Source: Flectonema sp. DT1601 (lineage: Eukaryota). Taken from it: a stretch of 64,000 nucleotides of DNA. The stretch covers positions 806,001 to 870,000 of the forward strand of contig OZ025784.1 of assembly GCA_964019425.1 (NCBI GenBank), given 5' to 3'. The translations under genes and the position numbers were made by a program. Shown one piece after another: positions 35,653-46,415 of this stretch; position 1 is the stretch's first letter, and each line of letters opens with the position of its first letter. The notes beneath the pieces are model-generated. The model made no database searches. It had not been told where the DNA came from and saw nothing but the letters and a program-made list of their open reading frames with translations.

Positions 35653-36513
35653 ATGACACTGAGTGGTTCAGTATGTCGGATGTTTTCATATATTCCAGTC
35701 GTGGTCATATCCATGATCATACTTTGTATTAATTATTCTGCTGTTGTTTGTAGACCTGGAGGTATCTCTGATTTGATAACGGTAACACTGTGTGGGTTGT
35801 TGATGACTTCGTATTTAAAAACTGTTTTTGTAAGTGCTGGAACCGTACCGATCGAGTGGAAGGATGGAAATCATTTCGTGGCGTATGATGGTGACAGTGA
35901 GGGCTTACCTGATTACTGTGACAACAAACTGCAGTGTTTTGAGAAAAGAAATAATGGGAGCATCCGATACTGTAACTCGTGTAAGTCATACAAACCTGAC
36001 AGATGCCATCATTGTGATTTATGTGGAAAATGTGTTCTGAGAATGGATCACCATTGTATATTTGTGTCTAATTGCATTGGTCATTCAAATTACAAATTTT
36101 TCATTCTTTTTTTATTTTACATAGTCGTCAACGGCGGTTGGGTTGCTATCACGAATATATCGATAATCTCTCATACGAAAATTCGCATTTCCGAATTTTC
36201 ATGCACCGCATCGCTGATGCTTTCGACGATAATATCTGGTTGTGCTGCCGTGGTGATGTTTTTTTTCCTACTAATGCATTGCTATTTAATAAAAACAAAC
36301 AAGACTACATTGGATATTATGTCCCAAGTATCGTTATCTTGGGACAATAACTTAACGAGAAATAATATCGAACTGTCTCTTGGCTCGGATGAGATATACT
36401 GGTGGTTTCTTCCTGTTAATCCAACGCTGTCTGCTGGTGACAATTTTAGACTTCGGGGACAGCCGGTTGGAGAAGAGCACGGATTAACAATTAAGATACA
36501 GCTTTCTGATTAA
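35653..36513 (+). CDS. DHHC (zDHHC) palmitoyltransferase, 286 aa
   Basis: C..C...KPDRCHHC..C..CVLRMDHHC..V.NCIG..NYKFF.LFL; TT(L)D motif; 4 TM helices; first ATG follows ccccacag. Confidence 0.95.
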   Translation: MTLSGSVCRMFSYIPVVVISMIILCINYSAVVCRPGGISDLITVTLCGLLMTSYLKTVFVSAGTVPIEWKDGNHFVAYDGDSEGLPDYCDNKLQCFEKRNNGSIRYCNSCKSYKPDRCHHCDLCGKCVLRMDHHCIFVSNCIGHSNYKFFILFLFYIVVNGGWVAITNISIISHTKIRISEFSCTASLMLSTIISGCAAVVMFFFLLMHCYLIKTNKTTLDIMSQVSLSWDNNLTRNNIELSLGSDEIYWWFLPVNPTLSAGDNFRLRGQPVGEEHGLTIKIQLSD

Positions 36514-37083
36514 ATTCTTTTTAAAACATCATTTTTTTTTTTTTAGTTTTGTCTTATTTCTCGGTGTCTGCAAAGTGTTGCGAATTCGACTTAGCGACAT
36601 ATGGCAGCTATCTGAATGGTAGTTTTTTTTTTTTTTTTTTCTACTTTTTTTAAAAAAAAGAAACAACCTTACTGATTCTTTTCATAATTTGCGGTTTCGT
36701 GAATTAAAGAAAAAAAAAAAAAAAAAAAAAAAAGAAACAATGTAGTGTTGTTAATTTCTGCGTAAATAAAAGAGTTAAACGTCGAATTCCACTTTCACAA
36801 AGTTAGTTACTTCTGCCCTCATTTAATTATAAGTACGAACCTTCAGGGCTCATGCTTCATACTTGTACTCCCCTTTCAGGGGTCCACATTGACATCACTG
36901 CAGCATCTCAACTTTAGTGGCAGTTGACGGGTTAACGGGTTAACTTTTGTTTCTTTTTTTTTTAGGTTTTTCAAAAAAGTAAAAAAATAGATCGAATAGT
37001 TCTACAGTAGTATTGATATCTCTTTGGTGGGAATCTAATAACAAACTTCTTGTCCTTCTTTCAGGAAATTACTCGAAACAGGA

Positions 37084-38247
37084 ATGCAGGTTTCTGTGAC
37101 GTGCCCGGATTTGGGATTCGCTGGCGTGTCAGTGACGGCTGGTGTTGATTCCCTTGTGAGCGAAGTGTTGACGATGGCGGCTGGGGAGTGGGATGTCGAT
37201 CCGGATGAAGTGGAACTGTCGTTCGCTGGTGACGTCCTTTGCGAAAGCGAGCGTATAACAGATTGCGGAGTGGGTGCAGACGGCGAGTTGGAAATGCGAG
37301 AGAAGCAGTTTCGGTTGTTTGGTAAATGCTGGTTCGTTGATGATGCAAAACTAGAGAAGCTGCTTGATTGGCTCAAAAACCACAATGAAGAATACTTATA
37401 CCTAGACATCCCCGCATTCACAGAGGATGGTTGCATCAGTGTTAAGGGTGGTTTGCTGCCTTCAGATGCCGAACGGATTTCATTCCGCAATTCAAATTCC
37501 AACAGCACAGCCATCTCACAAGTTACCGATATTGGAAATTATTTCTTGTCTTCTTGTTCACAAATCACTTCCCTTGACCTTTCAGGTCTTAGTAGTGTCA
37601 CCACTATTGGAAATGATTTTTTGTATTTTTGTTCACAAATCACTTCTCTTGACCTTTCAAGTTTTAGTAGTGTCACCACTATTGGAAATGTTTTCTTGTA
37701 TTCTTGTTCAAAAATCACTTCTCTTGACCTTTCAGGTCTTAGTAGTGTCACCACTATTGGAAATGAGTTCTTGTATTCTTGTTCAAAAATCACTTCTCTT
37801 GACCTTTCAAGTCTTAGTAGTGTCACCACTATTGGAAATCATTTCTTGTATTCTTGTTCAAAAATCACTTCTCTTGACCTTTCAAGTCTTAGTAGTGTCA
37901 CCACTATTGGAAATTATTTCTTGTGTTCTTGTTCAGAAATCACTTCTCTTGACATTTCAAGTTTTAGTAGTGTAACTACAATTGGAAATGGTTTCTTGTA
38001 TTCTTGTTCAAAAATCACTTCTCTTGACCTTTCAGGTCTCAGTAGTGTCACCACTATTGGAAATCATTTCTTGTCTTCTTGTTCAAAAATCACTTCTCTT
38101 GACCTTTCGAGTCTTGGTGCTGTGACTAAAATAGGAAATAACTTTCTCTGTCCTTTGGAAGTACTTGAAACTGTTAGGCTGCCTGTAAATAATGAGGCTC
38201 TCTTTGAAGAATATAAGGATAGAACTGTTAATGTCATGTTTCAGTAA
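37084..38247 (+). CDS. Ubiquitin-like N-domain + BspA/TpLRR-type leucine-rich-repeat protein
   Basis: N-terminus with L.FAG..L....I..CGV..D.ELE Ubl-like pattern; ~9 repeats of 25 aa (75 bp) SLDLSxLSSVTTIGNxFLxSCSKIT. Confidence 0.85.
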   Translation: MQVSVTCPDLGFAGVSVTAGVDSLVSEVLTMAAGEWDVDPDEVELSFAGDVLCESERITDCGVGADGELEMREKQFRLFGKCWFVDDAKLEKLLDWLKNHNEEYLYLDIPAFTEDGCISVKGGLLPSDAERISFRNSNSNSTAISQVTDIGNYFLSSCSQITSLDLSGLSSVTTIGNDFLYFCSQITSLDLSSFSSVTTIGNVFLYSCSKITSLDLSGLSSVTTIGNEFLYSCSKITSLDLSSLSSVTTIGNHFLYSCSKITSLDLSSLSSVTTIGNYFLCSCSEITSLDISSFSSVTTIGNGFLYSCSKITSLDLSGLSSVTTIGNHFLSSCSKITSLDLSSLGAVTKIGNNFLCPLEVLETVRLPVNNEALFEEYKDRTVNVMFQ

Positions 38248-38785
38248 ATTTTATTTCATGTTTTCAAAAAAATTCTGTTCTCCGATTTTGCTCTCCGTGT
38301 GTTTCTTCCCTTTTCCTTTTTTCTAGTTGTGTTACTGAAAATAAACCAAACCAATTTTTTGCTTTTTTAGTTTAAATCGGTCTCAGCGACTTCGAAAAAA
38401 GCAATTATATTTTGTTATTATTATCTAGCTTTCATCTTGCAACAGCTACCAGCTGTGAGATGGTAGCAACCTTTTAGTACAATATTAATGTTTAAAATAT
38501 AAAAGAAGGTTTCACAGCGTGATCGTCGATTTCCTAGTAAAGGAGACATTAATAGTAAGTTAGTTTTATGTTTTTTTTTCATTTCTTGGAATTCATTTTT
38601 TTGTTTTTACAATTAACTCAGATGCTAACTAACTTCATTCTTTCTACAGTCTAATGTATAATAATATTATGTTTCAACTGATGTGTTGTATTTTAAAGGT
38701 GATGAAATCACATTTGTTCACACAGATTCCTATAAAAGTCATTTTACAATAATTCACACTTAAACTCAACAGTTAAATATAAACC

Positions 38786-41359
38786 ATGAGAGTACTCAGT
38801 CTCTTTATATTGTTATCCTTATTGGGTGTTGGTAGTTCACAATGCACGGCTTCGACTCTGATTGTGACGGGAAGCACGACTTACGACTGCGCAATTGATT
38901 TATCACATGAGGTAACCCTCCACTGGAATCGTGAAACAGGCGGGGGAGTTGCTTTTGCGGCGACGACGACATCGGTCAACGGATGGTTTTCAGTGTCATT
39001 TCCTTATCGTTCGTTTTCCATGATCCCAGCAATTGGTGTCGCATCGACCAGTGCCACTGCTGCGGGTAGTTTCTCGTTCAATGAAAGGTCAGCGGCTGGA
39101 ATCACTTCTGTGGTGTCTCCGTTGTTCAACAACCCGACCACGGAGATTGTAAACGGGATGCGCATTCTGAGATTCAACGTGGAAGCGGGTTTTCTGTCAA
39201 CTGGGATGCCAGTGAACTATGCTTTCCATTCCTATGAGATGGATTTTCCTGTTAGCAAACATACTTCAGTAAGAAGTGTGATTGTGGATTTTGTTGTACC
39301 ACTTCCTCCAGTTCCGATAAACTTTGTGACTTGCAGGACTTCTAATCTGATTGTGGCGGGCACAACCTACGACTGCGTGGCGGATTTGTCACCTGAAGTA
39401 AGCATCCACTGGAATCGCGGTACAGTATTCGGACCAACAGAATTCGTGGCTACGACGACTTCGGTCAACGGATGGTTTTCAGTGTCGTTTCCACTATCTT
39501 TGGGTTCGATGATCCCTGCTATTGGTGTCGCATCGACCAGTGCCACTACTGCTGACATCATCTCGATTACTGGAAGGTCAGCGGCTGGAATCACTTCTGT
39601 GGTGTCTCCGTTATTCAGCAACCCGACCACGGAGATTGTAAACGGGATGCGCATTCTGAAATTCAACATCGAATCGTCTTTTCGGAACTTTCTCAGTACA
39701 ATTAACTACGCTTTCCATTCATCTGAGATGAGATTTCCTGTGAGCAAACATACTTCAGTAGGAAGTTTGTCGGTTAGTTTCATAGGTGTTCAGCCAGGCA
39801 GACAACCCGCCCCTGCTCCAACTTGCAGGGCTTCAACTCTGGTTTTGAGAAAAACCACAACCTACGACTGCATGACTGATTTGTCGCCTGAAGTAAGCGT
39901 CCACTGGAATAGTGGGGCATTCTTTGGAACAACAGATTTCGCGGCGACGACGTCATCGGTCAACGGATGGTTTTCAGTGTCGTTTCCTAATACTTTGGGG
40001 TCCATGTTCCCAGCATTGGGTGTTGCTTCGACCAGTGCCACAGCTGCAGACATCTTCTCATTCACTGAAAGGACAGCAGCTGGAATCACTTCGGATATGG
40101 TTCCTTTATCCAACACCCCGACCAACCCGACGGAAACACCGACGTCGGATTCTCCCTCTTTGCCTCCTTCGGCGTCTCAGTTTTTTGAAAACCCGACCAC
40201 GGAGATTACAAACGGAATGCGCATTCTGAGATTCAACATTGCATCGCATTTATTACTGAGACCTGGCACGCCAGTGAACTTTGCTTACCATTCATCTGAG
40301 ATGGATTTTCCTGTTAGCAAACATACTACAGTAGGAAGTGTGAGTGTCGATTTCGTGGAACCATTGCCAGCATCTCTCCCGCCAACAACTCTGCCACCAA
40401 CAACTCTCCCGCCAACAACAACAACTCTCCCGCCAACAACTCTCCCGCCAGCATCTCTCCCGCCAACAACTCTGCCACCAACGCCAGTTGTGCCGCCGCC
40501 AACTGTTGTTTCCTCTCCAGCTGTTGGCACTGTTAGATTTGAAGTAGTCGCAGAATTGAGTGATCTGGTTAGTCAGATTGATACGTTGGTAGCTGCCGCT
40601 TCCACATCATTAGGTGGTACTGCTCGTTGTAGTATGTTGTGTCAAGGTACTAACTGTGTTAATTGTGATGGTACTGTTGTTAATCAAAGATCTGTTTCTA
40701 CACTAGTCAGAGCAAGTTGGAGAGTTGTTTTGATTATAATTAATAATGAAAATGGAAGCATTACGAAAACAGCTGTCGATAATTCTTTGAAGAATCTCTT
40801 GTCAAACAATGCGGTTATTGGATACTTCGATGGAAGTGTTGCTGTTGTTGCTGCTGCTGCGAATAGTAACAACCCACAAGTTGTCGTCGTTAACAATGAC
40901 TTTGACGATGCTCACACTCACGGAAGGATCATGGTGGCAATATGGGCGTACTGGGTTCCTTTGTCGGTTGTTGTCAAGGTTCTTGGACCTTTTGTGTGTA
41001 AGCGAGAAGTGTTTAGGTTGCCAATATCAGTATTCATTCACGTAGTCATGATGATTATGGCAATGTGTTTAACTACCGTTTTCGCTTCTATTGCCTTGTC
41101 AGACTTTAACAGCAGAGTGGACTATGGACATAGAGTACTTGGTATTGCTTTATTAGTGATTGGGTGGGTTCAAATACTAAGTAGTCTTGTCAAGCCAGAC
41201 AAGGAATTTGAGTATGGAAAGTACTGGGGATGGGGACACGTTCTGTTTGGTATTTCAGTTGTGGTTATTTCAATCGCTCAAATGGCGACTGGAGTTGAAA
41301 TAAGAACTACACTCTTCCTCTCTCTCTCTTTATCTCTCTTCTTATTTTCATCTTGTTAA
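38786..41359 (+). CDS. 3xDOMON - Pro/Thr stalk - cytochrome b561 protein, copy 1 (altered C-terminus)
   Basis: Signal peptide; three repeats with HWN..GWFSVSF..SM.PA..RF..NYA.H..SKH; four b561-type His (HGRIM, FIHV, GHRVLG, WGHVLFG). Last TM replaced by 3'-UTR-derived sequence after 41300. Confidence 0.85.
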   Translation: MRVLSLFILLSLLGVGSSQCTASTLIVTGSTTYDCAIDLSHEVTLHWNRETGGGVAFAATTTSVNGWFSVSFPYRSFSMIPAIGVASTSATAAGSFSFNERSAAGITSVVSPLFNNPTTEIVNGMRILRFNVEAGFLSTGMPVNYAFHSYEMDFPVSKHTSVRSVIVDFVVPLPPVPINFVTCRTSNLIVAGTTYDCVADLSPEVSIHWNRGTVFGPTEFVATTTSVNGWFSVSFPLSLGSMIPAIGVASTSATTADIISITGRSAAGITSVVSPLFSNPTTEIVNGMRILKFNIESSFRNFLSTINYAFHSSEMRFPVSKHTSVGSLSVSFIGVQPGRQPAPAPTCRASTLVLRKTTTYDCMTDLSPEVSVHWNSGAFFGTTDFAATTSSVNGWFSVSFPNTLGSMFPALGVASTSATAADIFSFTERTAAGITSDMVPLSNTPTNPTETPTSDSPSLPPSASQFFENPTTEITNGMRILRFNIASHLLLRPGTPVNFAYHSSEMDFPVSKHTTVGSVSVDFVEPLPASLPPTTLPPTTLPPTTTTLPPTTLPPASLPPTTLPPTPVVPPPTVVSSPAVGTVRFEVVAELSDLVSQIDTLVAAASTSLGGTARCSMLCQGTNCVNCDGTVVNQRSVSTLVRASWRVVLIIINNENGSITKTAVDNSLKNLLSNNAVIGYFDGSVAVVAAAANSNNPQVVVVNNDFDDAHTHGRIMVAIWAYWVPLSVVVKVLGPFVCKREVFRLPISVFIHVVMMIMAMCLTTVFASIALSDFNSRVDYGHRVLGIALLVIGWVQILSSLVKPDKEFEYGKYWGWGHVLFGISVVVISIAQMATGVEIRTTLFLSLSLSLFLFSSC

Positions 41360-41849
41360 ACACAAAATTAATTTCTAAAGATGATTTTTGATAAAACTAT
41401 AATAGAAATAATTTGTTAAATACATATCAAATAATTGACGTGTTCTTACGAACCAAAAATGATTTATTTTATTGTTTCTTTGATTATTTTTACAAAAATA
41501 GTTTTCTTTTTTTAAATTTTCCTTATAATGTTTATTTGCTTTTGAAGTGTGAAGGAATACTATTTTAAGCTGTAGCGGGCTACAGGGCATGGGGTGCTCA
41601 AGTATATAGTACGTGGCCCCCGAATCCCCATATTCGACAGCACATAAATGATTATTTATCGATACCAATTGTTGATTTTCTTATATTGCAACCAGGTTTG
41701 GCCGAACCCTATTCTCGTTTTAGCCAGTTTCAACTTGCTTGCCATTTAATATTAACTCTCCCTTATCCTTCCTTTTTATTGACGAGTCTCTTTTGGCAAG
41801 TTAGCGAGCATAGCATGAATTAACAAAGGATAACTTTGTTGTTCACTAT

Positions 41850-41884
<35 letters not shown>

Positions 41885-42292
41885 TTTTTCTTTTTAAAGT
41901 ATTATTTTTGTACTACTATTTGAAAATCATTAATGAGCCGACTCACCGGATTTTAGGTAGAGTCAAAGTTTCCAAACAGTGTTTTTGTTCTTAACAAACA
42001 GAGGCACCTGTTGGTTTCAGTTTTTCACTCGATTATAGTTCCCGTGTTGAGCTAATGCAGATTTAATAATCAAATTGTTTTTTTTTTTTTTTTTTTTTTT
42101 TTTGACGAGAGGTATACTCCGTCGAATGAGAACTACACTCTTCTTCTCTCTCCCTCTCTCTTCCTCTCTCTCTTCCTCTCTCGTGAATTCGCTAAGCTAA
42201 CTCAATAATCTTTACTGAGTCTTCGGATATGGCTACGGATTGCTGTCCTCTGTTACTGTAACTCAACCATTGCTAGCAACAACTTCGAATGG

Positions 42293-42450
42293 ATGGTCAT
42301 GATGATTATTGCAATGTGTTTAACTAGAGTGGACTATGTACATGGTAATCTTGGTGCTGCGATATTAATGATTGGTTGGGTTCAAATAGTAAGTGTTCTT
42401 TTCTTGTTAAGGCAGACAAGGAATCTCAATGCGGAAGGTACGGGGGATGG
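42293..42450 (+). pseudogene. Decayed b561-domain fragment of the DOMON-b561 family
   Basis: atggtcatgatgattattgcaatgtgtttaacta|gagtggactatg..gattggttgggttcaaata..gacaaggaat, with an internal deletion. Confidence 0.75.
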
Positions 42451-43575
42451 TGATTAGGGATAGACGCTGTCGATAGGATGCTTTTTTTTCGAATTTCGAT
42501 AAAAATAACCTTTCGGGGGCAAAATATACCCAACGACTCCATCGGAACCCCCCAAAAATGTGATTCTGGCTGAAAAACCTGGTTTCTCATAAATACCGAC
42601 CCCTGTGTTCTTGTCATTTATTTGCTAAGGTGAAAGATTTCTTAGAAAACGAGTCTCAGACTTCTTTAATCATCGAATGTTTATTTTATTTTTATTTTTT
42701 TTGCATCCACACTTTTTTTTGAATGGAAGGACAACATTTTAATTCATTCCTGGAGAAGATTAGGTCTTCTAAATTTACGCGGATCGATCCAGGCATAGCC
42801 AATCGATAACCATATCGGCCTTCAATATTTAATATTTATTTCATGTTACCTCTCCAGACAACTGTGCGGCATTCAGTTACCATGCTTGACAATCCCGCGA
42901 CAGTTTTTTTTTCTTTTTTTTTTGGGAAAACCCCTAATCCAGACACAAAAGTTTCCGAAACCGCCAACTCTATATAAAATATTTTTTTGTCCCGTGAGAA
43001 ACAATCCCTCAATGAGAGAATTATAAAACTTATCCTGTCTCACTTCTTCCCCTATTCTCCTTAAATTTTCTCTTGAGGGCAGGCCTTCCGGCTGTTCAAG
43101 TGGTCTTTGAACACCGCTCTAGTTATATGCTCGACTCTTTTGTTTTCCTTATCGATGGTAGGAATGGTAGGAATGGTAACCGAATTAGCTTCGTGTGTCC
43201 AATTTTAAGGACGCGTGACCATTTATTTTTCCGTTACCGTTCTTACGTCCTCAGGCGGAGCCTACCAAATGTTTCCCGTGTTTTCCAATTGTCAGACTTA
43301 AATCAAGAGAAAGTATAAAAGAAAGACAAACATAGAAGTGAAAAGAACAAAAAACAAAGAGTCTGGAAGCACAGACGAGTGTGAGATAACTTGAACAAGA
43401 GGTTTTGTGCCGTCAGGTACGTACTGTTGCTGTGGCGAAGGTTATTATGGCAAAGGTGGTGGAGTTACAATTCTGTGCCCCGATGGATCAGCACTTTGGC
43501 ACACGAAGATTGATTTTCCGATCATAAACAACAAGCCCTCCTTTGAATCACACCACATTCGTTCGGTCAGGGTAC

Positions 43576-45143
43576 GTCAAGAGACACGTGGTGCAAGAAA
43601 AAAAAAAAAAAAAAAAAGATTTTTTAACCACAGGCCACGAGGCACTTTTTTTGTATAGAGTTGGCGGTTTAGGAAACTTTTGCGTCTGGATTAGAGGTTT
43701 TCCCTTCTTTTTTTATTCCGTATCTGGGTATAGACACCAGTGTTTGCTCCTTATTGCGGCACCACGCTGGGGATGCGACTGTGTGAAAACTTGATATCCT
43801 TGTTGTTCCGGCTGGCATGTTAACTGTTCTACCCAAACATAGAATCCGGGTTCCCCAATTAAGGTCCTGATGCGACTGCGAAAAAGCAAAAACATTCTGT
43901 GTGTGTTCGTAAAGGATTTTTCTGATTTCCGACTAGCAGTGCCAAGCCCAATGCAAGTGATTCTTTAACCTCCAATTATACTTCGACAACGTCTTCTGGT
44001 CAGTAAGACAAGAATTATAGTTTTCTCTTTTTATGTTTACTTTTTTCTAAACGTAGTTTTCTTTGATTAACAACTACAAATATTTTCAGTCAAGTACTTG
44101 ATATTAATTTTGTTTTTAATACCCTAAAGTTGTTACTGTTTTTACATTGTCAAAGTTTCACCCCAGTTAGCCTTCACCCCCTCAGAAATTACCGGACAAG
44201 ATCAAAGGCTTAATTATATTTTTCTGTTGACTATTTCTTTTTTTTTGAATTTAACAAAGTATTGTAAGAACGAAAAAGAATGTTGGGGAGCACACGTAAA
44301 CCTCCTTTAGCTTTATCAATTTAAGTCGATTCACGAGTTTCGTGACACAAGCTACACACTTGTTCTGTGTTGGTTAAGATTAAGCCAATTCTACAAGTCC
44401 AGCCATTTCAATTACTCACATTCTTAACAACGACCTCTGCAAAGAATGTCTTGTCAAACAATGTGGTTATTGGATACGTTGATGGCACAGCAATATGAAT
44501 TCCTTTTTGACCAATTTTTTTTGTAGTACTTTTCTGAAGCTTTTCAGGCGTACTGGGTTCCTTTGGCAGTTATTATTAAGGTTCTTGGACCTTTTGTGTG
44601 TAAAGGAGGGATTACGGGTAGACGCTTTCGATAAGGTGCTCTTTTTCGAGTTTAGGTAAAAATAACCTTTCTGAGGGCATAATATACCCAACGACTCCAT
44701 TGGAACCCCAAAAATGTGATTCTGGCTGAAAAACCTGGTTTCTCATAAAAAATAGCGACGACCCCACGTTCTGTTTGGTATTTCAGTTGTGGTTATTTCA
44801 ATCGCTCAAATGGTGACTGGAGTTGAAAATATTAAACGCCTATTCACAAATGACTCGGAGGGGGTTAAGATTGCTCTGATCGTTGGAGTGGTCACCATAT
44901 TATTGGGAAAATCTACGTCGCTGTTACGAAAAAAAGATGAGCTTGATGAAATTATCAGCTGCGGGTGTAGTATTGATGAGTGTTTTTTTCAAGTCAGCTT
45001 TCTTGTCATTTATTTGTTCGGATGAATATTTTTTTCTTTGTTTGGATTTTTTTAAAAAAAACGAGTCCTAGAATTCTTTAATCTTCGAAAAGCTGTTAAC
45101 GCCTCGTCACCTATATCTTCTTCTTTCCTCCCTTCCTCTTCTT
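43576..45143 (+). repeat. Segmental duplication, copy at ~59500-61068
   Basis: Near-identical sequence; identical spurious ORFs 43713..43895 and 59644..59826. Confidence 0.92.
44435..44940 (+). pseudogene. Fragmented 3' remnant of a DOMON-b561 gene interleaved with other repeat sequence
   Basis: Pieces ctctgcaaagaatgtcttgtcaaacaatg.., ggcgtactgggttcctttggcag.., cacgttctgtttggtatttcag..gctgttacgaaaaa match 50660-51295. Further copies at ~45987-46342 and ~60360-60880. Confidence 0.8.
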
Positions 45144-45908
45144 GCATCTGCTGCTTGATTGCGTTGAGACCAGGGAATTGGTAAAGCAAACCGTGAGATT
45201 TCCGACACCTGATGATGAGCTCTCTCTGGATATGTTCTTTCGAACCGAATGGCAGCCTTTCACTTTGTTATTGATCAGCAAGCTTGATAATCATCTTAAA
45301 GAGTTATCTGACAATCCGTTGTTGTTGAAGTTTCCGCTTCAGGGTACTTTTGTGAGGAAGAAACTAATCACGCACGTCGAAAGGAAGACATGTTTCTCGT
45401 TACTGGGTTCTGATGTGAAGGAATATGTTATGGAACTTATTGATAACGCTTACAAAGCTACCTATTTAAATGTTGTTATCGACGATCTTTCTATGGTTAA
45501 TGTGCTGGTCAATCCTGATTGGTCGGAATCCAAGCTTTCTAAGTTCCTCTCTCGCTTGAGTCGCCTCCTGCGACGTAATCCCCGAAGTAGATAAAGAACG
45601 TCTCTTTCCTTTAGTGTAATTTCTTATTTTATTTTATTAGTATCATTTCTCTTTCTTATCATTACTTTATTTCTTATTTTCTGATCTAATGTGGCGTGTT
45701 CTCCCTCTCTTTGACGAAAATTGGCGTTATCAGCCGTCTCTAACAGTCTGCTCGCGTGGATGGTGGGTTTAGGTTGTACGTCTCTTATCGTCTGTGAGAG
45801 TCTCACGGTTGCTGGTAGCGATATAATTGTTACCCTAACTGTGAGCTTTTCCTGGCTTTTGGCTTCCTAGGCTTCGTAAATAAATAATAATAAATAAATA
45901 AATAAATA
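45144..45908 (+). mobile_element. 5'-truncated non-LTR retrotransposon (LINE): ORF2 C-terminus, 3' UTR and (TAAA)n tail
   Basis: Frame begins HLLLDC (second half of the ORF2 CCHC knuckle) and ends KLSKFLSRL..* at 45594. A-rich tail at 45877-45908. Absent from the paralogous site at ~61068. Shorter tail copies elsewhere in the window. Confidence 0.78.
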
Positions 45909-46342
45909 CTTGTTCTGTGTTGGTTAAGATTAAGCCAATTCTACAAGTCCAGCCATTTCAATTACTCACATTCTTAACAACGACCTCTGCAAAGAATGTC
46001 TTGTCAAACAATGTGGTTATTGGATACGTTGATGGCACAGCAATATGAATTCCTTTTTGACCAATTTTTTTTGTAGTACTTTTCTGAAGCTTTTCAGGCG
46101 TACTGGGTTCCTTTGGCAGTTATTATTAAGGTTCTTGGACCTTTTGTGTGTAAAGGAGGGATTACGGGTAGACGCTTTCGATAAGGTGCTCTTTTTCGAA
46201 TTTAGGTAAAAATAACCTTTCTGAGGGCATAATATACCCAACGACTCCATTGGAACCCCAAAAATGTGTTTCTGGCTGAAAAACCTGGTTTCTCATAAAA
46301 AATAGCGACGACCCCACGTTCTGTTTGGTATTTCAGTTGTGG
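45908..46342 (+). repeat. 435-bp direct duplication of 44358-44792
   Basis: Near-identical sequence; identical ORFs 44467..44700 and 46017..46250. Confidence 0.92.
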
Positions 46343-46415
46343 ATTTTCTGAAGCTTTTCAGTAAGCCCACAGTACAATTATAATGCTTTTTTTTTTTTTT
46401 TTTTTTTTGATGATT

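Noticed and set aside
39367..40896. Antisense and alternate-frame ORFs over DOMON-b561 genes (also in copies 2-4)
   Set aside because: Shadow ORFs, conserved only because the DNA is duplicated
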